In this document: piece after piece, positions 9,425 through 19,128 of the stretch | Layout: each line of letters begins with the position of its first letter | Position numbering within the stretch: position 1 is the stretch's first letter | Source of the DNA: Phenylobacterium sp. | Lineage (GTDB): Bacteria; Pseudomonadota; Alphaproteobacteria; Caulobacterales; Caulobacteraceae | Assembly: GCF_041920015.1 (NCBI RefSeq) | Contig: NZ_JAYRST010000002.1 | Coordinates: 18,952-82,951 of the forward strand | DNA length: 64,000 nt | Direction: 5' to 3' | Translations under genes and position numbers: made by a program | The notes under the pieces: generated by a model | Seen by the model: only the letters and a program-made list of their open reading frames with translations | Told to the model about the DNA's origin: nothing | Databases searched by the model: none

Positions 9425-10153
9425 CTATGCGGGCCGCCGTCGGACGCGAATGGAAACGAGGCTGAGCGCGCCGAGCGCCAGCAGCGGCAGGCCGACCTCG
9501 GGCCGCAGCAGCACGCTCGCATCGGGCGTCCGGCTCCGCAGGAACGCCCGTCCGAGCCCTGAGCCGAGATAGCTGTAGAGCAACGAATAGGGGACCGCGC
9601 CGACCAGGGTCGCGGCCACATAGGCTCCGAACGGCGCCTGCGCGCAGCCGGCCGCGACGTTCACCAGGCCGAAGGGGCTGAGCGGCGCCAGGCGCAGGGT
9701 CAGCAGGTATCTGAAAGGCGCCCGCTCGAAACCTGCCAATAGCGGACGCCATCGCCCGCGTCCCAGCATCTTGCGGATGCGGTCGCCCGCCGCGAACCGC
9801 GCGGCCAGATAGCCCATCACCGCGCCCAGGGTGGACCCGACGATGGTCGCCGCCGCCCCGACCAGCGGCCCGAACAGGAAGCCGCCCGCCAGCATCAGCA
9901 CCAGCCCGACCGGCACGAAGGCCGCGGTCGCCACCGCATAGAGCGCCACGAACACCACCAGCGCCGCCACGGGGGCGGCCGCCACCTCCTGGCGCAGGTG
10001 GATTTCGTTGGCCTGCACGCTATCGAGCGAAATCTCGTCGGCCAGGCCGCTGGCGTAGAGCGCGACGGTGGCCGCCGCCAGCAACAGGGTCGGGACCCAT
10101 CGCGCGGCGATGCGCAGGGTCCTATGGCGCCGGTCTTGCGCGAGGTCGGTCAT
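9425..10153 (-). CDS. TVP38/TMEM64 (DedA superfamily) membrane protein
   Basis: GGFLFGPLVG, RLAPLSPFGLVN and ATLVGAVP motifs; multiple TM helices. Confidence 0.85.
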   Translation of the reverse strand: MTDLAQDRRHRTLRIAARWVPTLLLAAATVALYASGLADEISLDSVQANEIHLRQEVAAAPVAALVVFVALYAVATAAFVPVGLVLMLAGGFLFGPLVGAAATIVGSTLGAVMGYLAARFAAGDRIRKMLGRGRWRPLLAGFERAPFRYLLTLRLAPLSPFGLVNVAAGCAQAPFGAYVAATLVGAVPYSLLYSYLGSGLGRAFLRSRTPDASVLLRPEVGLPLLALGALSLVSIRVRRRPA

Positions 10154-10230
10154 CCGCACCCGGCCTTCCATCCACCGAAGTTGGACAAACGCCGCCGAGC
10201 CGCGATGGCTCCCTCTCCAGGCGATGGGGA

Positions 10231-12021
10231 TCAGCCGCCCTTGGGGCGCTTCTCTCCGGCCTTCTTCTTCCACGGCGGCTTGCCCGACTTGGGTCCCGGC
10301 GCGCCCGGCGGCCCCTTGAAGGGTTTGCGGAACGGCGGGCGGCCGTCCTTCTGCGGCGGGCCTCCGGCCTTGCGCGGTCCCGTCCCCGGAGGCGTGCTGG
10401 GCTCGATGCGGATCTCGTCCTCCAGCGTCGCACGCACCGCCTCGGCGAACTTGGCCTCGGCCGTCTTGGCGATCTCGAACTTGGTCTCGCGATCGAAGAT
10501 GCGGATCGAGCCGATGTCCTTCTTGGTGATGTGACCCAGGCGGCAGATCATCGGGATCAGCCACTTGGGATCGGCGTTCTTGCCGCGCCCGACGCTGATG
10601 CGGAACCAGCTCACCTCGTCGGGAGACAGACGCTCGGGCTTGCCGAAGGCCGGCTCGCCGCGCTCGCGGAAAGGACGGTCGCGATCGCGCTCTTGGGAGT
10701 CGCGCATGCGCGCATCGTCATAGAGCTCTTCCGGCGCAGGCATGCGCTGGCGGTGCAGGCGGATCAGGGCCGCGGCCACCTGCTCGGCGCTGCGTGTCTC
10801 CAAGAGCAGCCGGGCGAGGTTCGCCTCGTCCTCGCCGGTCTCCTCGGTGAAGATCGGATCGTCCAGCAGCCGCGCCTGGTCCTTGGCGCGGATGTCGTCG
10901 GCCGTCGGCGGCCCTTGCCATTGCACCTCGACCCCGGCCGAGGCGAGCAGTTGCTCGGCCTTGCGGCGGCGGGTGTAGGGAACCAGCAGAACCGAAACGC
11001 CCTTCTTCCCCGCCCGGCCGGTGCGCCCCGAACGGTGCAGCAGGGCCGGCTTGTTGATCGGCAGGTCGGCGTGGATCACCAGGCCCAGGTCCGGCAGGTC
11101 GAGGCCGCGGGCGGCGACGTCGGTCGCCACGCAGACCCGGGCATGGCCGTCGCGCAGCGACTGCAGCGCCTCGGTCCGCTCGCGCTGGCCAAGCTCTCCG
11201 GAAAGGCCGACGACCGCAAAGCCGCGCTCGCGCAGGGCCGCATGCATGTGCCGCACCCCGTCGCGGGTGTTGCAGAACACCAGGGCGCCCGGCGCCTCGA
11301 AGAAGCGCAGCACGTTGACTACCGCCAGCTCGACCTCGTTCGGCGCCACGCGGATCGCGCGATACTCGATATCGCCGTGCGGCTCGTCGCGGCGCACGGT
11401 GTCGATGCGCAGGGCGTCGCGCTGATAGCGCTTGGCCAGGGCGGCGATGTCCCTGGCTATGGTGGCCGAGAACAGCAGGGTGCGGCGGTTCACCGGCGAG
11501 GAGTCGAGGATTTCCTCCAGATCCTCGCGGAACCCCATGTCGAGCATCTCGTCGGCCTCGTCGAGCACCAGGACGCGCAGGTTCGACAGGTCGAGATTGC
11601 CCCGCTCCAGATGGTCCTTCAGGCGACCCGGCGTGCCGACCAGGATATGGCAGCCGGCCGCCAGGGCGCGCTGCTCGCGGCGCGGGTCCATGCCGCCGAC
11701 GCAGGTCTCGACCTTGGCGCCGGCCTCCGCATAGAGCCAGCCAAGTTCGCGGGCGACCTGCATAGCCAGTTCCCGCGTTGGGGCGATGGCCAGGGCCAGC
11801 GGGGCGCCCGGCGCGCCGAACCGCTCGGCATCCTCCAGCAGGGTCGGTCCCGCCGCCAGGCCGAAGGCGACGGTCTTCCCGGACCCGGTCTGGGCCGAGA
11901 CCAGCAGGTCGCGGCCGGCCGTCTCGGCGGCCAGCACAGCGGCCTGGACGGGGGTAGGTTCGGAATAACCCTGGCTCGCGAGCGCGCGCGCCAAAGCGGG
12001 GTGAATGTCGGGGAAGGCCAT
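10231..12021 (-). CDS. deaD: DEAD-box RNA helicase with C-terminal DbpA-type RNA-binding domain (DeaD/CsdA-like)
   Basis: AQTGSGKT, PTRELA, TPGR, DEAD, SAT, ARGLD and HRSGRTGRAG motifs; basic C-terminal tail. Confidence 0.92.
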   Translation of the reverse strand: MAFPDIHPALARALASQGYSEPTPVQAAVLAAETAGRDLLVSAQTGSGKTVAFGLAAGPTLLEDAERFGAPGAPLALAIAPTRELAMQVARELGWLYAEAGAKVETCVGGMDPRREQRALAAGCHILVGTPGRLKDHLERGNLDLSNLRVLVLDEADEMLDMGFREDLEEILDSSPVNRRTLLFSATIARDIAALAKRYQRDALRIDTVRRDEPHGDIEYRAIRVAPNEVELAVVNVLRFFEAPGALVFCNTRDGVRHMHAALRERGFAVVGLSGELGQRERTEALQSLRDGHARVCVATDVAARGLDLPDLGLVIHADLPINKPALLHRSGRTGRAGKKGVSVLLVPYTRRRKAEQLLASAGVEVQWQGPPTADDIRAKDQARLLDDPIFTEETGEDEANLARLLLETRSAEQVAAALIRLHRQRMPAPEELYDDARMRDSQERDRDRPFRERGEPAFGKPERLSPDEVSWFRISVGRGKNADPKWLIPMICRLGHITKKDIGSIRIFDRETKFEIAKTAEAKFAEAVRATLEDEIRIEPSTPPGTGPRKAGGPPQKDGRPPFRKPFKGPPGAPGPKSGKPPWKKKAGEKRPKGG

Positions 12022-12171
12022 GGTCGTCCTTAGAGGTTCGCGCCACACACAAAAAACAGCGCGGGGCGCGCCTTAGAGGCCAAGCGGAGCGCAACCGCAA
12101 GCCTTGCAACGCCGAAAACGCCTTTCGAGGCGCAAGCGCCGCAGGCAATCTACCGCAAAATGGAGAGGAAG

Positions 12172-12555
12172 ATGAGCGCTTACGAAACCGAAATCGCCGC
12201 CGCCATGGCCGTCACCGACGCCTTCATGACCGCCTTCAACGCCCGCGACGTCGTCGCCTTCGAGGCGACCTTCAACTTTCCGAGCGTACGGCTGGCGTCC
12301 AACACCCTGGCCCTGATCGAGCCCGGCTATCACCAGCCCGGAATGTTCGAGCGCGGCGCGCTGTCCGACTGGGACCACTCGGCCTGGGAGCGGCGCGAGG
12401 TGATCCACGCCGGGCCGGACAAGGTGCACCTCGACACCCGCTTCACCCGCTACCGCAAGGACGGGAGCGTGATCGGCGGCTTCGATTCCATCTATGTCAT
12501 CACCTGCGAGGACGGCCATTGGGGCGTCAAGGCGCGCTCCAGCTTCGCGCCATAG
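12172..12555 (+). CDS. Small NTF2/SnoaL-like hypothetical protein
   Basis: SD GAGAGGAA; N-terminal helix (FMTAFNARD) followed by beta-rich FTRYRKDGSVIG...DGHWGV. Confidence 0.7.
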   Translation: MSAYETEIAAAMAVTDAFMTAFNARDVVAFEATFNFPSVRLASNTLALIEPGYHQPGMFERGALSDWDHSAWERREVIHAGPDKVHLDTRFTRYRKDGSVIGGFDSIYVITCEDGHWGVKARSSFAP

Positions 12556-12594
12556 GCTCTGGACTTCCGGGCTGGAAGCGGCTCTCAGCAGCCC

Positions 12595-13803
12595 ATGTCC
12601 AGCTCCGCAAAACGCGTCGCCGTCATCGGGGGCGGCCCCGCCGGCCTGATCGCCGCCGAGATCCTCAGCGCCGCGGGCCGGCCGGTGACGGTCTATGAGC
12701 GCATGCCGAGCCTGGGCCGCAAGCTCCTGATGGCCGGGCGTGGCGGACTGAACCTCACCCATTCGGAGCCGCTGGACGCATTCCTGGCCCGCTACGGCGC
12801 CGCCGCCGAGCGTCTGCGCCCGATGATCGAGGCGTTCGGCCCGGGCGACCTGAGAGCCTGGGCCGATGGCCTGGGGCAGGACACCTTCGTCGGTTCCAGC
12901 GGGCGGGTCTTCCCACGCAGCCTCAAGGCTTCGCCGCTGCTGCGCGCGTGGCTGGCGCGGTTGTCCTCGCAAGGCGTGGAGGTGCGCCTGCGTCACGAAT
13001 GGCGCGGCTGGACGCCCAGCGGCGAACTCCTGTTCGCCTCGCCAGGCGGCGAGATCGCCGCCGCCGCCGATGCGACGATCCTGGCGCTGGGCGGCGCCAG
13101 TTGGCCAAGGCTGGGCTCGACCGGGGATTGGGCCGCGATCCTACGTGGCAGGGGAGTCGCCGTCACGCCCTTCGCCCCGGCCAACAGCGGCTTCGAGACG
13201 GCGTGGAGCCCGGCTTTCGCAGGGCGCTTCGCCGGCCAACCCCTGAAGACCATCGCCATGAGCTTCCAGGGCCGCACCGTGCGCGGTGAAGCGATGGTGG
13301 CGCGCTATGGCCTGGAGGGCGGGGCGATCTACGCCCTGTCGGCGGCCTTGCGCGCGGCGCTGGAGGCCGGAGAGCCGGCCATTCTGGAGATCGATCTCGC
13401 CCCCAACCTGACGCGCCCGAAGCTGACCGACCGACTGCACAAGGCCGCGCCCGGTCAGTCGACCGCCAGCCTGCTGCGCAAGGCCGCCGGCCTTTCGCCC
13501 CTGGCTGCGAACCTGCTGCGCGAAGCCCACGGCCTGGCCCTTCCGCGCGATCCCGGCGCCCTGGCGCGGGCGATCAAGTCCGCGCCGATCCGCCTCACCG
13601 CGCCACGCCCGCTGGAGCGGGCCATATCCACCTCCGGCGGCGTGACGCTTGGCGACCTGGACGAGCGCCTGATGCTGAAAGCCCTGCCCGGCGTCTATGC
13701 GGTCGGGGAAATGCTCGACTGGGAAGCGCCGACCGGCGGCTACCTGCTGCAAGCCTGTTTCGCCACCGGCGCCTGGGCCGCGCGGAGCCTGCTCAAAGCC
13801 TAG
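12595..13803 (+). CDS. HI0933/BaiN-like NAD(P)/FAD flavoprotein
   Basis: GGGPAG, GRKLLMAGRGGLNLT, SGRVFP and GEMLDWEAPTGGYLLQ motifs. Confidence 0.9.
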   Translation: MSSSAKRVAVIGGGPAGLIAAEILSAAGRPVTVYERMPSLGRKLLMAGRGGLNLTHSEPLDAFLARYGAAAERLRPMIEAFGPGDLRAWADGLGQDTFVGSSGRVFPRSLKASPLLRAWLARLSSQGVEVRLRHEWRGWTPSGELLFASPGGEIAAAADATILALGGASWPRLGSTGDWAAILRGRGVAVTPFAPANSGFETAWSPAFAGRFAGQPLKTIAMSFQGRTVRGEAMVARYGLEGGAIYALSAALRAALEAGEPAILEIDLAPNLTRPKLTDRLHKAAPGQSTASLLRKAAGLSPLAANLLREAHGLALPRDPGALARAIKSAPIRLTAPRPLERAISTSGGVTLGDLDERLMLKALPGVYAVGEMLDWEAPTGGYLLQACFATGAWAARSLLKA

Positions 13804-14723
13804 TCCGGCGCCTTCAACCGGTCGCGGAGAGACGCGCGCCGCTTGGCCGGAGCCTTGGCCGGCGCCTGTCGCGCCTCGGGCAGGCTGGGCAGGTGCTCCT
13901 CCGCGCCGTCGGCGATCAGCCGTCCCGCCAGCATCAGGTCGGCCTTCACCGCCCCGACATCGCCCGTCTCGGCCCAGGCGTGGACGGTCAGTTCGACGAA
14001 GGCTTCGGACATCGAGGTGAGGTCGACGGATGGCGGCGGGTCGCGCAGCACCAGGGGATTGGCCTCCGCCCGCGCCCGCAACGCCGCCATCAGCGCGCTG
14101 ACGTCGCGCTTCAAGTCCACCTTGATCACCGCATCGACGCGGCGGCGGCTGTGATAACTGACGTTCACGATCACATCGCCGAAGATCTTGCCGTTGGGCA
14201 ACACGACCTTGAGGTTGTCCGGCGTGGTCAGCTCGGTGATGAACAGATCCAGGGCGCGAACCGTGCCGGTGTGACCCGAAACCTGGATCACATCGCCCAC
14301 GCGATAGGGCCGGAACAGCAGCAGCATCACCCCGGCCGCCACGTTGCTCAACGTGCCCTGCAAGGCCAGGCCGATGGCCAGCGAGGCTGCGCCCAGCACC
14401 GCCAGGATCGAGGTCGCCTGCACGCCGAGCTGCTGCAGCACCGCGATCAGGCCGACGATGATCACCAGATAGCGCGCCGCCGAGCCGGCGAAGCCCTGCA
14501 GCGTCACGTCCGGCGGCCCGCCGCGGTGGGCGCGGGCGATCAGGCGACGCACCAGCCGCGAGGCCCAGCCCGCCGCCCACCAGGTCACCGCCAGGATCAG
14601 CACGGCGACCACCAGGTTCACCGCCAGGTCGCCGGCCGCGTCGATGAACTTGTGGAGGACGTTCTCGTCGGCCGAGACCGTCTGGTTCAGACGGCTGGCG
14701 ATCTCGCGTTCAAATCCCTGCAT
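13800..14723 (-). CDS. mscS: Small-conductance mechanosensitive channel
   Basis: LGAASLAIGLALQGTLSNVAAG...RPYRVGD; PNGKI. Confidence 0.92.
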   Translation of the reverse strand: MQGFEREIASRLNQTVSADENVLHKFIDAAGDLAVNLVVAVLILAVTWWAAGWASRLVRRLIARAHRGGPPDVTLQGFAGSAARYLVIIVGLIAVLQQLGVQATSILAVLGAASLAIGLALQGTLSNVAAGVMLLLFRPYRVGDVIQVSGHTGTVRALDLFITELTTPDNLKVVLPNGKIFGDVIVNVSYHSRRRVDAVIKVDLKRDVSALMAALRARAEANPLVLRDPPPSVDLTSMSEAFVELTVHAWAETGDVGAVKADLMLAGRLIADGAEEHLPSLPEARQAPAKAPAKRRASLRDRLKAPD

Positions 14724-14773
14724 GTCCGCCGTCTAGCATTGACGCCCCCGCCCCGGCCAATCCGCAACAAACG

Positions 14774-16840
14774 TTAGGCGGCCTTCTGGAGTTCCTGCTT
14801 CACCCGTTCGGCCAGGGTCTTGATGTCGATCGGCTTGGGCAGGAAGGAGATGTTTTCCTCGCCCTCCAGCAGGTTCGAGAACTCGGCCTCCGCATAGCCG
14901 GAGATGAACATCACCGGCGCGCCGGCCAGATAGACGCGGGCGTGCTTGAGCAGGTCCGGCCCCTGCATGCCGGGCATGACCACGTCGGAGATCATCAGGT
15001 CGATCTCCCCGGCGTGCTGCTCGGCCAGTTCGAGGGCCTCCTCGCCCGAGCCGGCCTCGATCACCTCGTAGCCGCGGGCGCGCAGCAGCTTGGCGGCCAC
15101 CCCGCGCACGGCGTCCTCGTCCTCGACGAACAGGATGCGGCCGGCGCCGGACAGGTCGCGGGCCTTGGGCGGCGCCTTGGCCGCCGCCGGCTCAGGCGCC
15201 GGCGCCGCCGCGCTCGGCACATGGACCGGCAGGAAGATCCGGAAGGCCGCGCCTTCGCCGGGACGCGAGGCGACGCTGATCCAGCCGTCCGACTGCTTGA
15301 CGATGCCGTAGACCGTCGCGAGGCCGAGGCCCGTCCCCTCGCCCACCGGCTTGGTAGTGAAGAACGGGTCGAAGATCTTGTCCATCACCTCGGGCGGAAT
15401 GCCGGGACCGTCGTCCGACACCTCGATCAGGGCTTGGTCGCCCTTGGCGGCCGGATGACCCGCGGCGTGCGCCTCCTGCTCGGTCAGCCGGGCCAGGCGG
15501 ATGCGGACCACGCCGCCGCCATGCGCGCGCACGGCGTCGCGGGCGTTGACGGCCAGGTTCATCACCGCCGTCTCGATCTGGCTGCGGTCGGCGCGCACGT
15601 GCGGCAGGTTGCGGCCGTACTCGGTCTCCAGCTTCACGTCTTCGTAGAGCACTCGGCGCAGCAACACCTCGGATTCGCTGATCAGTTCGCCGAGGTCGAG
15701 GGTTTCTCTCTGCACGGTCTGCTTGCGCGAGAAGGCCAGCAGCTTGCGCACCAGGTCGGCGGCGCGGGCCGAGGTCGACCGGATCTCGTTGAGCCCCTCA
15801 TAGGACGGGTCGCCGACCGGGTGGCGCTGGGCCAGCACGTCGAGTTGGAAGAAGATCGCGGTCAGAAGGTTGTTGAAGTCGTGGGCCACGCCGCCGGCCA
15901 GTTGGCCGATGGCCTGCATCTTCTGGCTCTGCGAGAGCTGCAGCTCGATTTGCTTCTGCTCGGAAACGTCGACCAGATAGGCGACCCAGCGCCCGCCGGT
16001 CTTCGACAGATAGAGATGCGCGATACGGGCCGGATCGGCGGCCAGCCGCACCTCCAGCGCGCCGACATGGCCGCCGGCCAGCTTCTGGGCTGCATCGGCG
16101 CGGGAAGTCGGCTCTATAAGATCGCCGAACACCGCACCGGCCGCGCCGCCGCCAGCCACAGCCGAGAGGGCGGGGTTGGCCTCGACGATGGTTGCAGCGA
16201 ACGGATCGTCCCCGTCCAGCAGCGCCGCACCGAAGGGCGAGGCGGCGGCGAAGGCGTCCAGCACCTTGGGCGGCGGCGGTCCGGCGCTGTTGAACGCCTG
16301 CAGGACCTCGGCGGCGGCCGGCGGCAGGGCGAGCTGGCTCGGCTCGTTCAGACGCACCAGGAAACGGCGCTCGCCGATCGGCGCCACCGTGGCCGAGTGC
16401 TCCGCGCCATTGTTGCGGATCGAGGCCTGCGCCGTCTCGCCGCGGCGGGCGGCGGTGAGGGCCGAGAACAGGCTGGCGGCCGAAGGCCCGCCCTTGGGCA
16501 AACGCGCCGCCGCGCCCAGCAGCGTGCGCCAGGCGGCGTTGGCCGCGTGGATGCGGCCGTCCGCGGCCGCGATCGCCGCCGGCTCGGTGAGAGCGTCCAC
16601 GACCTGGTCGGCGCCCGGCTCGCTGGCGCTTACCGCCTCGGTCGAACTGCGCAGGGCGAAGAGGCCCAGGCATGCGACGCCGAACAGCCCGATCAGCAAC
16701 ATCAGTCCCGCACGCGTCGCCGGCCCGGCGTTGAACGCGGGCACGGCCGCGAACCCGACCGCAGCCAGGAAGCAAAGCACGGCCATCGCCGTGATCGGGT
16801 CGAAGCGGCGGGCGCGATCCTGGGTCTTCACTTGGGCCAT
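14774..16840 (-). CDS. cckA: Cell-cycle hybrid histidine kinase CckA
   Basis: Two N-terminal TMs and a PAS region; H-box [21 protein letters not shown]; GEGTGLGL; C-terminal receiver domain (EDE, SDVVMP, K); located downstream of flhB as in Caulobacter. Confidence 0.93.
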   Translation of the reverse strand: MAQVKTQDRARRFDPITAMAVLCFLAAVGFAAVPAFNAGPATRAGLMLLIGLFGVACLGLFALRSSTEAVSASEPGADQVVDALTEPAAIAAADGRIHAANAAWRTLLGAAARLPKGGPSAASLFSALTAARRGETAQASIRNNGAEHSATVAPIGERRFLVRLNEPSQLALPPAAAEVLQAFNSAGPPPPKVLDAFAAASPFGAALLDGDDPFAATIVEANPALSAVAGGGAAGAVFGDLIEPTSRADAAQKLAGGHVGALEVRLAADPARIAHLYLSKTGGRWVAYLVDVSEQKQIELQLSQSQKMQAIGQLAGGVAHDFNNLLTAIFFQLDVLAQRHPVGDPSYEGLNEIRSTSARAADLVRKLLAFSRKQTVQRETLDLGELISESEVLLRRVLYEDVKLETEYGRNLPHVRADRSQIETAVMNLAVNARDAVRAHGGGVVRIRLARLTEQEAHAAGHPAAKGDQALIEVSDDGPGIPPEVMDKIFDPFFTTKPVGEGTGLGLATVYGIVKQSDGWISVASRPGEGAAFRIFLPVHVPSAAAPAPEPAAAKAPPKARDLSGAGRILFVEDEDAVRGVAAKLLRARGYEVIEAGSGEEALELAEQHAGEIDLMISDVVMPGMQGPDLLKHARVYLAGAPVMFISGYAEAEFSNLLEGEENISFLPKPIDIKTLAERVKQELQKAA

Positions 16841-16919
16841 GCGGCGGTCCCGATGGATTTCGAACGAGGAGGCGCGAACCTCCGACGAATCAGTCACCGA
16901 AATCTTCTCACGAAAAATC

Positions 16920-18005
16920 TTAATGGTTGCGGGCTCTTGCGGCCACGCGCGCGCTGCTCTGCATGATGAAGCCGATCAGCTTGGCGACCGCTTCGTAGTG
17001 GGCGGGCGGAATGAAGTCGTCCAGTTCGACCGCGGCGTAGAGCGCCCGCGCCAGCGGCGGGTCCTCGATCACCGGCACGTCATGCTCTTCGGCCACGGCG
17101 CGGATCTTCAGCGCTAGGGCGTCCATGCCCTTGGCCACGCACTGGGGCGCAGCGGTGTCGCCGGCCTCGTAGCGCAGGGCGACAGCATAGTGGGTCGGGT
17201 TCATGATCACCATGGTCGCGTTCGGCACCGCGGCCATCATGCGGCTGCGCGAGCGTTGGATGGCGATCTGCCGGCGCTTGGCCTTCACGTGTGGATCGCC
17301 TTCGGCGTTCTTGAACTCTTCCTTCTGCTCCTCCTTGGTCATCCGCATACGCTTGAGGAAGCGCGCGCGCTGCCAGAACCAGTCGAGGCCGGCGATCACC
17401 AGCATCAGGGCGGCGGTGGCGAAGACCAGCTTGCGCAGGATCTCGATCATCAGCGGCAGCATCGCCGCCGGGTCCAGGGCGGCCAGCTCCCTCAACGGGT
17501 GGATGTAGGGCTTCATCACCACCCATCCGACCCAGCCGACCATCGCCACCTTCGCCAGCGATTTCACGAACTGCATCAGGCCGTCGGGGCCGAGGATGCG
17601 TTTGAGGCCGCTCATCGGCGAGAGCTTCTTCCAGTCCGGCTTGATCTTCTCCGGGCTGAACAGCAGGCCGGTCTGCACCAGGTTTCCGGCCGCTCCCATC
17701 AGGGACGCGACGGCCAGTACGGCGAGCAACACGGGCGCGGCCGCGCGCGCGGCATGGACGGCGACATCCAGACCGCCCGCCTTCAGGTCGAACTCGTCCG
17801 GATGGGCGATGAACGGCAGCAGCTCGCTCGCCAGATGGCGCGACATCCAGCCGCCGGCGATGGCGATCACCGCCGCAGCGCCCGCGAAGGAGGCCAGCAT
17901 CGCCAGGTCCGGCGTCTTGGCGACATCCCCCTTCTCGCGCGCCTTCTGGAGCTTCTGGGGTGTCGCCTCTTCTGTCTTGGAGGCTGCGTCCTGTTCGTCG
18001 GCCAT
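16920..18005 (-). CDS. flhB: Flagellar export switch protein FlhB
   Basis: KTEEAT N-terminus, EGDPHVK and the NPTH autocleavage motif. Confidence 0.97.
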   Translation of the reverse strand: MADEQDAASKTEEATPQKLQKAREKGDVAKTPDLAMLASFAGAAAVIAIAGGWMSRHLASELLPFIAHPDEFDLKAGGLDVAVHAARAAAPVLLAVLAVASLMGAAGNLVQTGLLFSPEKIKPDWKKLSPMSGLKRILGPDGLMQFVKSLAKVAMVGWVGWVVMKPYIHPLRELAALDPAAMLPLMIEILRKLVFATAALMLVIAGLDWFWQRARFLKRMRMTKEEQKEEFKNAEGDPHVKAKRRQIAIQRSRSRMMAAVPNATMVIMNPTHYAVALRYEAGDTAAPQCVAKGMDALALKIRAVAEEHDVPVIEDPPLARALYAAVELDDFIPPAHYEAVAKLIGFIMQSSARVAARARNH

Positions 18006-18008
18006 GGC

Positions 18009-18764
18009 CTAGCCCAGGAACTGCGAGACCAGCTCGCGGTAGCGGTTGACCCACACCATGCCGATCACCCCCAGGCTGAGGGCGAAGATCGACAGCCCCA
18101 GCAGCACGATCAGCGGAGTGACGACGAAGAACACCTGGAACTGCGGCATCACCCGCCCCACCAGGCCGGCGGCGACGTTGAAGATCACCGAGAACACCAC
18201 GACCGGCGCGGCCAGTTGCAGACCCAGGCGGAACGCCCCCGCTACGGTCTGGATGGCCAGTTGCGCGCCGTCGGAGATCTCGATGGGCCGTGTGAACGGA
18301 AAGATCGAATAGGACCTGACGATCGCGGCCAGGAACATGTGGTGCAGATCCGTCGCCATGATCAGGGTGACGCCGATCAGGGTGAGGAAGGTGCCCAGGG
18401 TCGTGGAGGGCTGCGCCTGGCCGGGCGCTGCGGTCTGGGCGAAGGCGAGCGTCGTCTGGATCGAGATGATCTCGCCCGCCGTGGCCAGCGAGGACAGCAT
18501 CATCCGCAGGATCGCCCCGATCATCAGCCCGATCAGCAGTTCCTTGATCACCGCGCCGGCGACGCCCGAGACCTCGCCGGGAACCGGCATGCCCTTGGCG
18601 ACCACCGGCATCAGCATCAAGGCCATCAGGAAGGCGAGCGACAGGCGAATGCGCGGCGGCACGCTGGTGTCGCCGAAGCCGGGCAGCAGCATCAGGATCG
18701 CCCCCACCCGGGCGAAGATCAGCCCGGCGGCGTAGACCTGGGAGGCGGCGGCGTAGCTTTCCAT
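18009..18764 (-). CDS. fliR: Flagellar export protein FliR
   Basis: FARVG...PGFG...RIRL, LHHMFL and RVMPQFQVFF motifs; lies between fliQ and flhB. Confidence 0.96.
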   Translation of the reverse strand: MESYAAASQVYAAGLIFARVGAILMLLPGFGDTSVPPRIRLSLAFLMALMLMPVVAKGMPVPGEVSGVAGAVIKELLIGLMIGAILRMMLSSLATAGEIISIQTTLAFAQTAAPGQAQPSTTLGTFLTLIGVTLIMATDLHHMFLAAIVRSYSIFPFTRPIEISDGAQLAIQTVAGAFRLGLQLAAPVVVFSVIFNVAAGLVGRVMPQFQVFFVVTPLIVLLGLSIFALSLGVIGMVWVNRYRELVSQFLG

Positions 18765-18783
18765 GGACGGGCCGCTGCGCCCG

Positions 18784-19047
18784 TCACATCGCCGCGATGC
18801 GGGCGGCGATCTGGCGCATGAAGCCGCTCATCAGCGCGCCCATGAGCGGCAGGAACAGCAGCAGCGACAGGAAGATCGCCACGATCTTCGGCGCATAGAC
18901 CAGGGTCGCTTCCTGGATCTGGGTCAGGGCCTGCATCAGGCCGACGCCGACCCCCACCACCAGGCCAACGATCAGCACCGGCGCGCAAAGCTGGATAGTG
19001 AGCCAGATGGCGTCGCGACCGACGTCCAGAACTTCGGCGCCGCTCAT
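18784..19047 (-). CDS. fliQ: Flagellar export protein FliQ
   Basis: QALTQIQEATLVYAPKI motif; 87 aa. Confidence 0.97.
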   Translation of the reverse strand: MSGAEVLDVGRDAIWLTIQLCAPVLIVGLVVGVGVGLMQALTQIQEATLVYAPKIVAIFLSLLLFLPLMGALMSGFMRQIAARIAAM

Positions 19048-19109
19048 CGGATGGCCTTTCGAGGTACGCGTGGAACGCTGGAAGCCAGCTAGGTCAAAAT
19101 TGCCCAGTC

Positions 19110-19128
19110 ATGGTTAACGAAGGGCTAC
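19110..19128 (-). promoter_or_regulatory. CtrA-type site of the fliQ class II promoter
   Basis: Minus strand reads GTAG-CCCTTCG-TTAACCAT, about 60 bp upstream of fliQ; TTAACCAT is the typical CtrA half-site of class II flagellar promoters. Confidence 0.65.

Noticed and set aside
12028-12079. Hairpin plus U-tract (minus strand GGCGCG-CCC-CGCGCT-GTTTTTT) and duplicated CCTCTAAGG in the DEAD-box helicase leader, as a possible attenuator
   Set aside because: The stem is short with a 3-nt loop, and the upstream CTCTAAG looks like the -10 element, so transcription probably starts inside the hairpin. It cannot be supported without TSS data.
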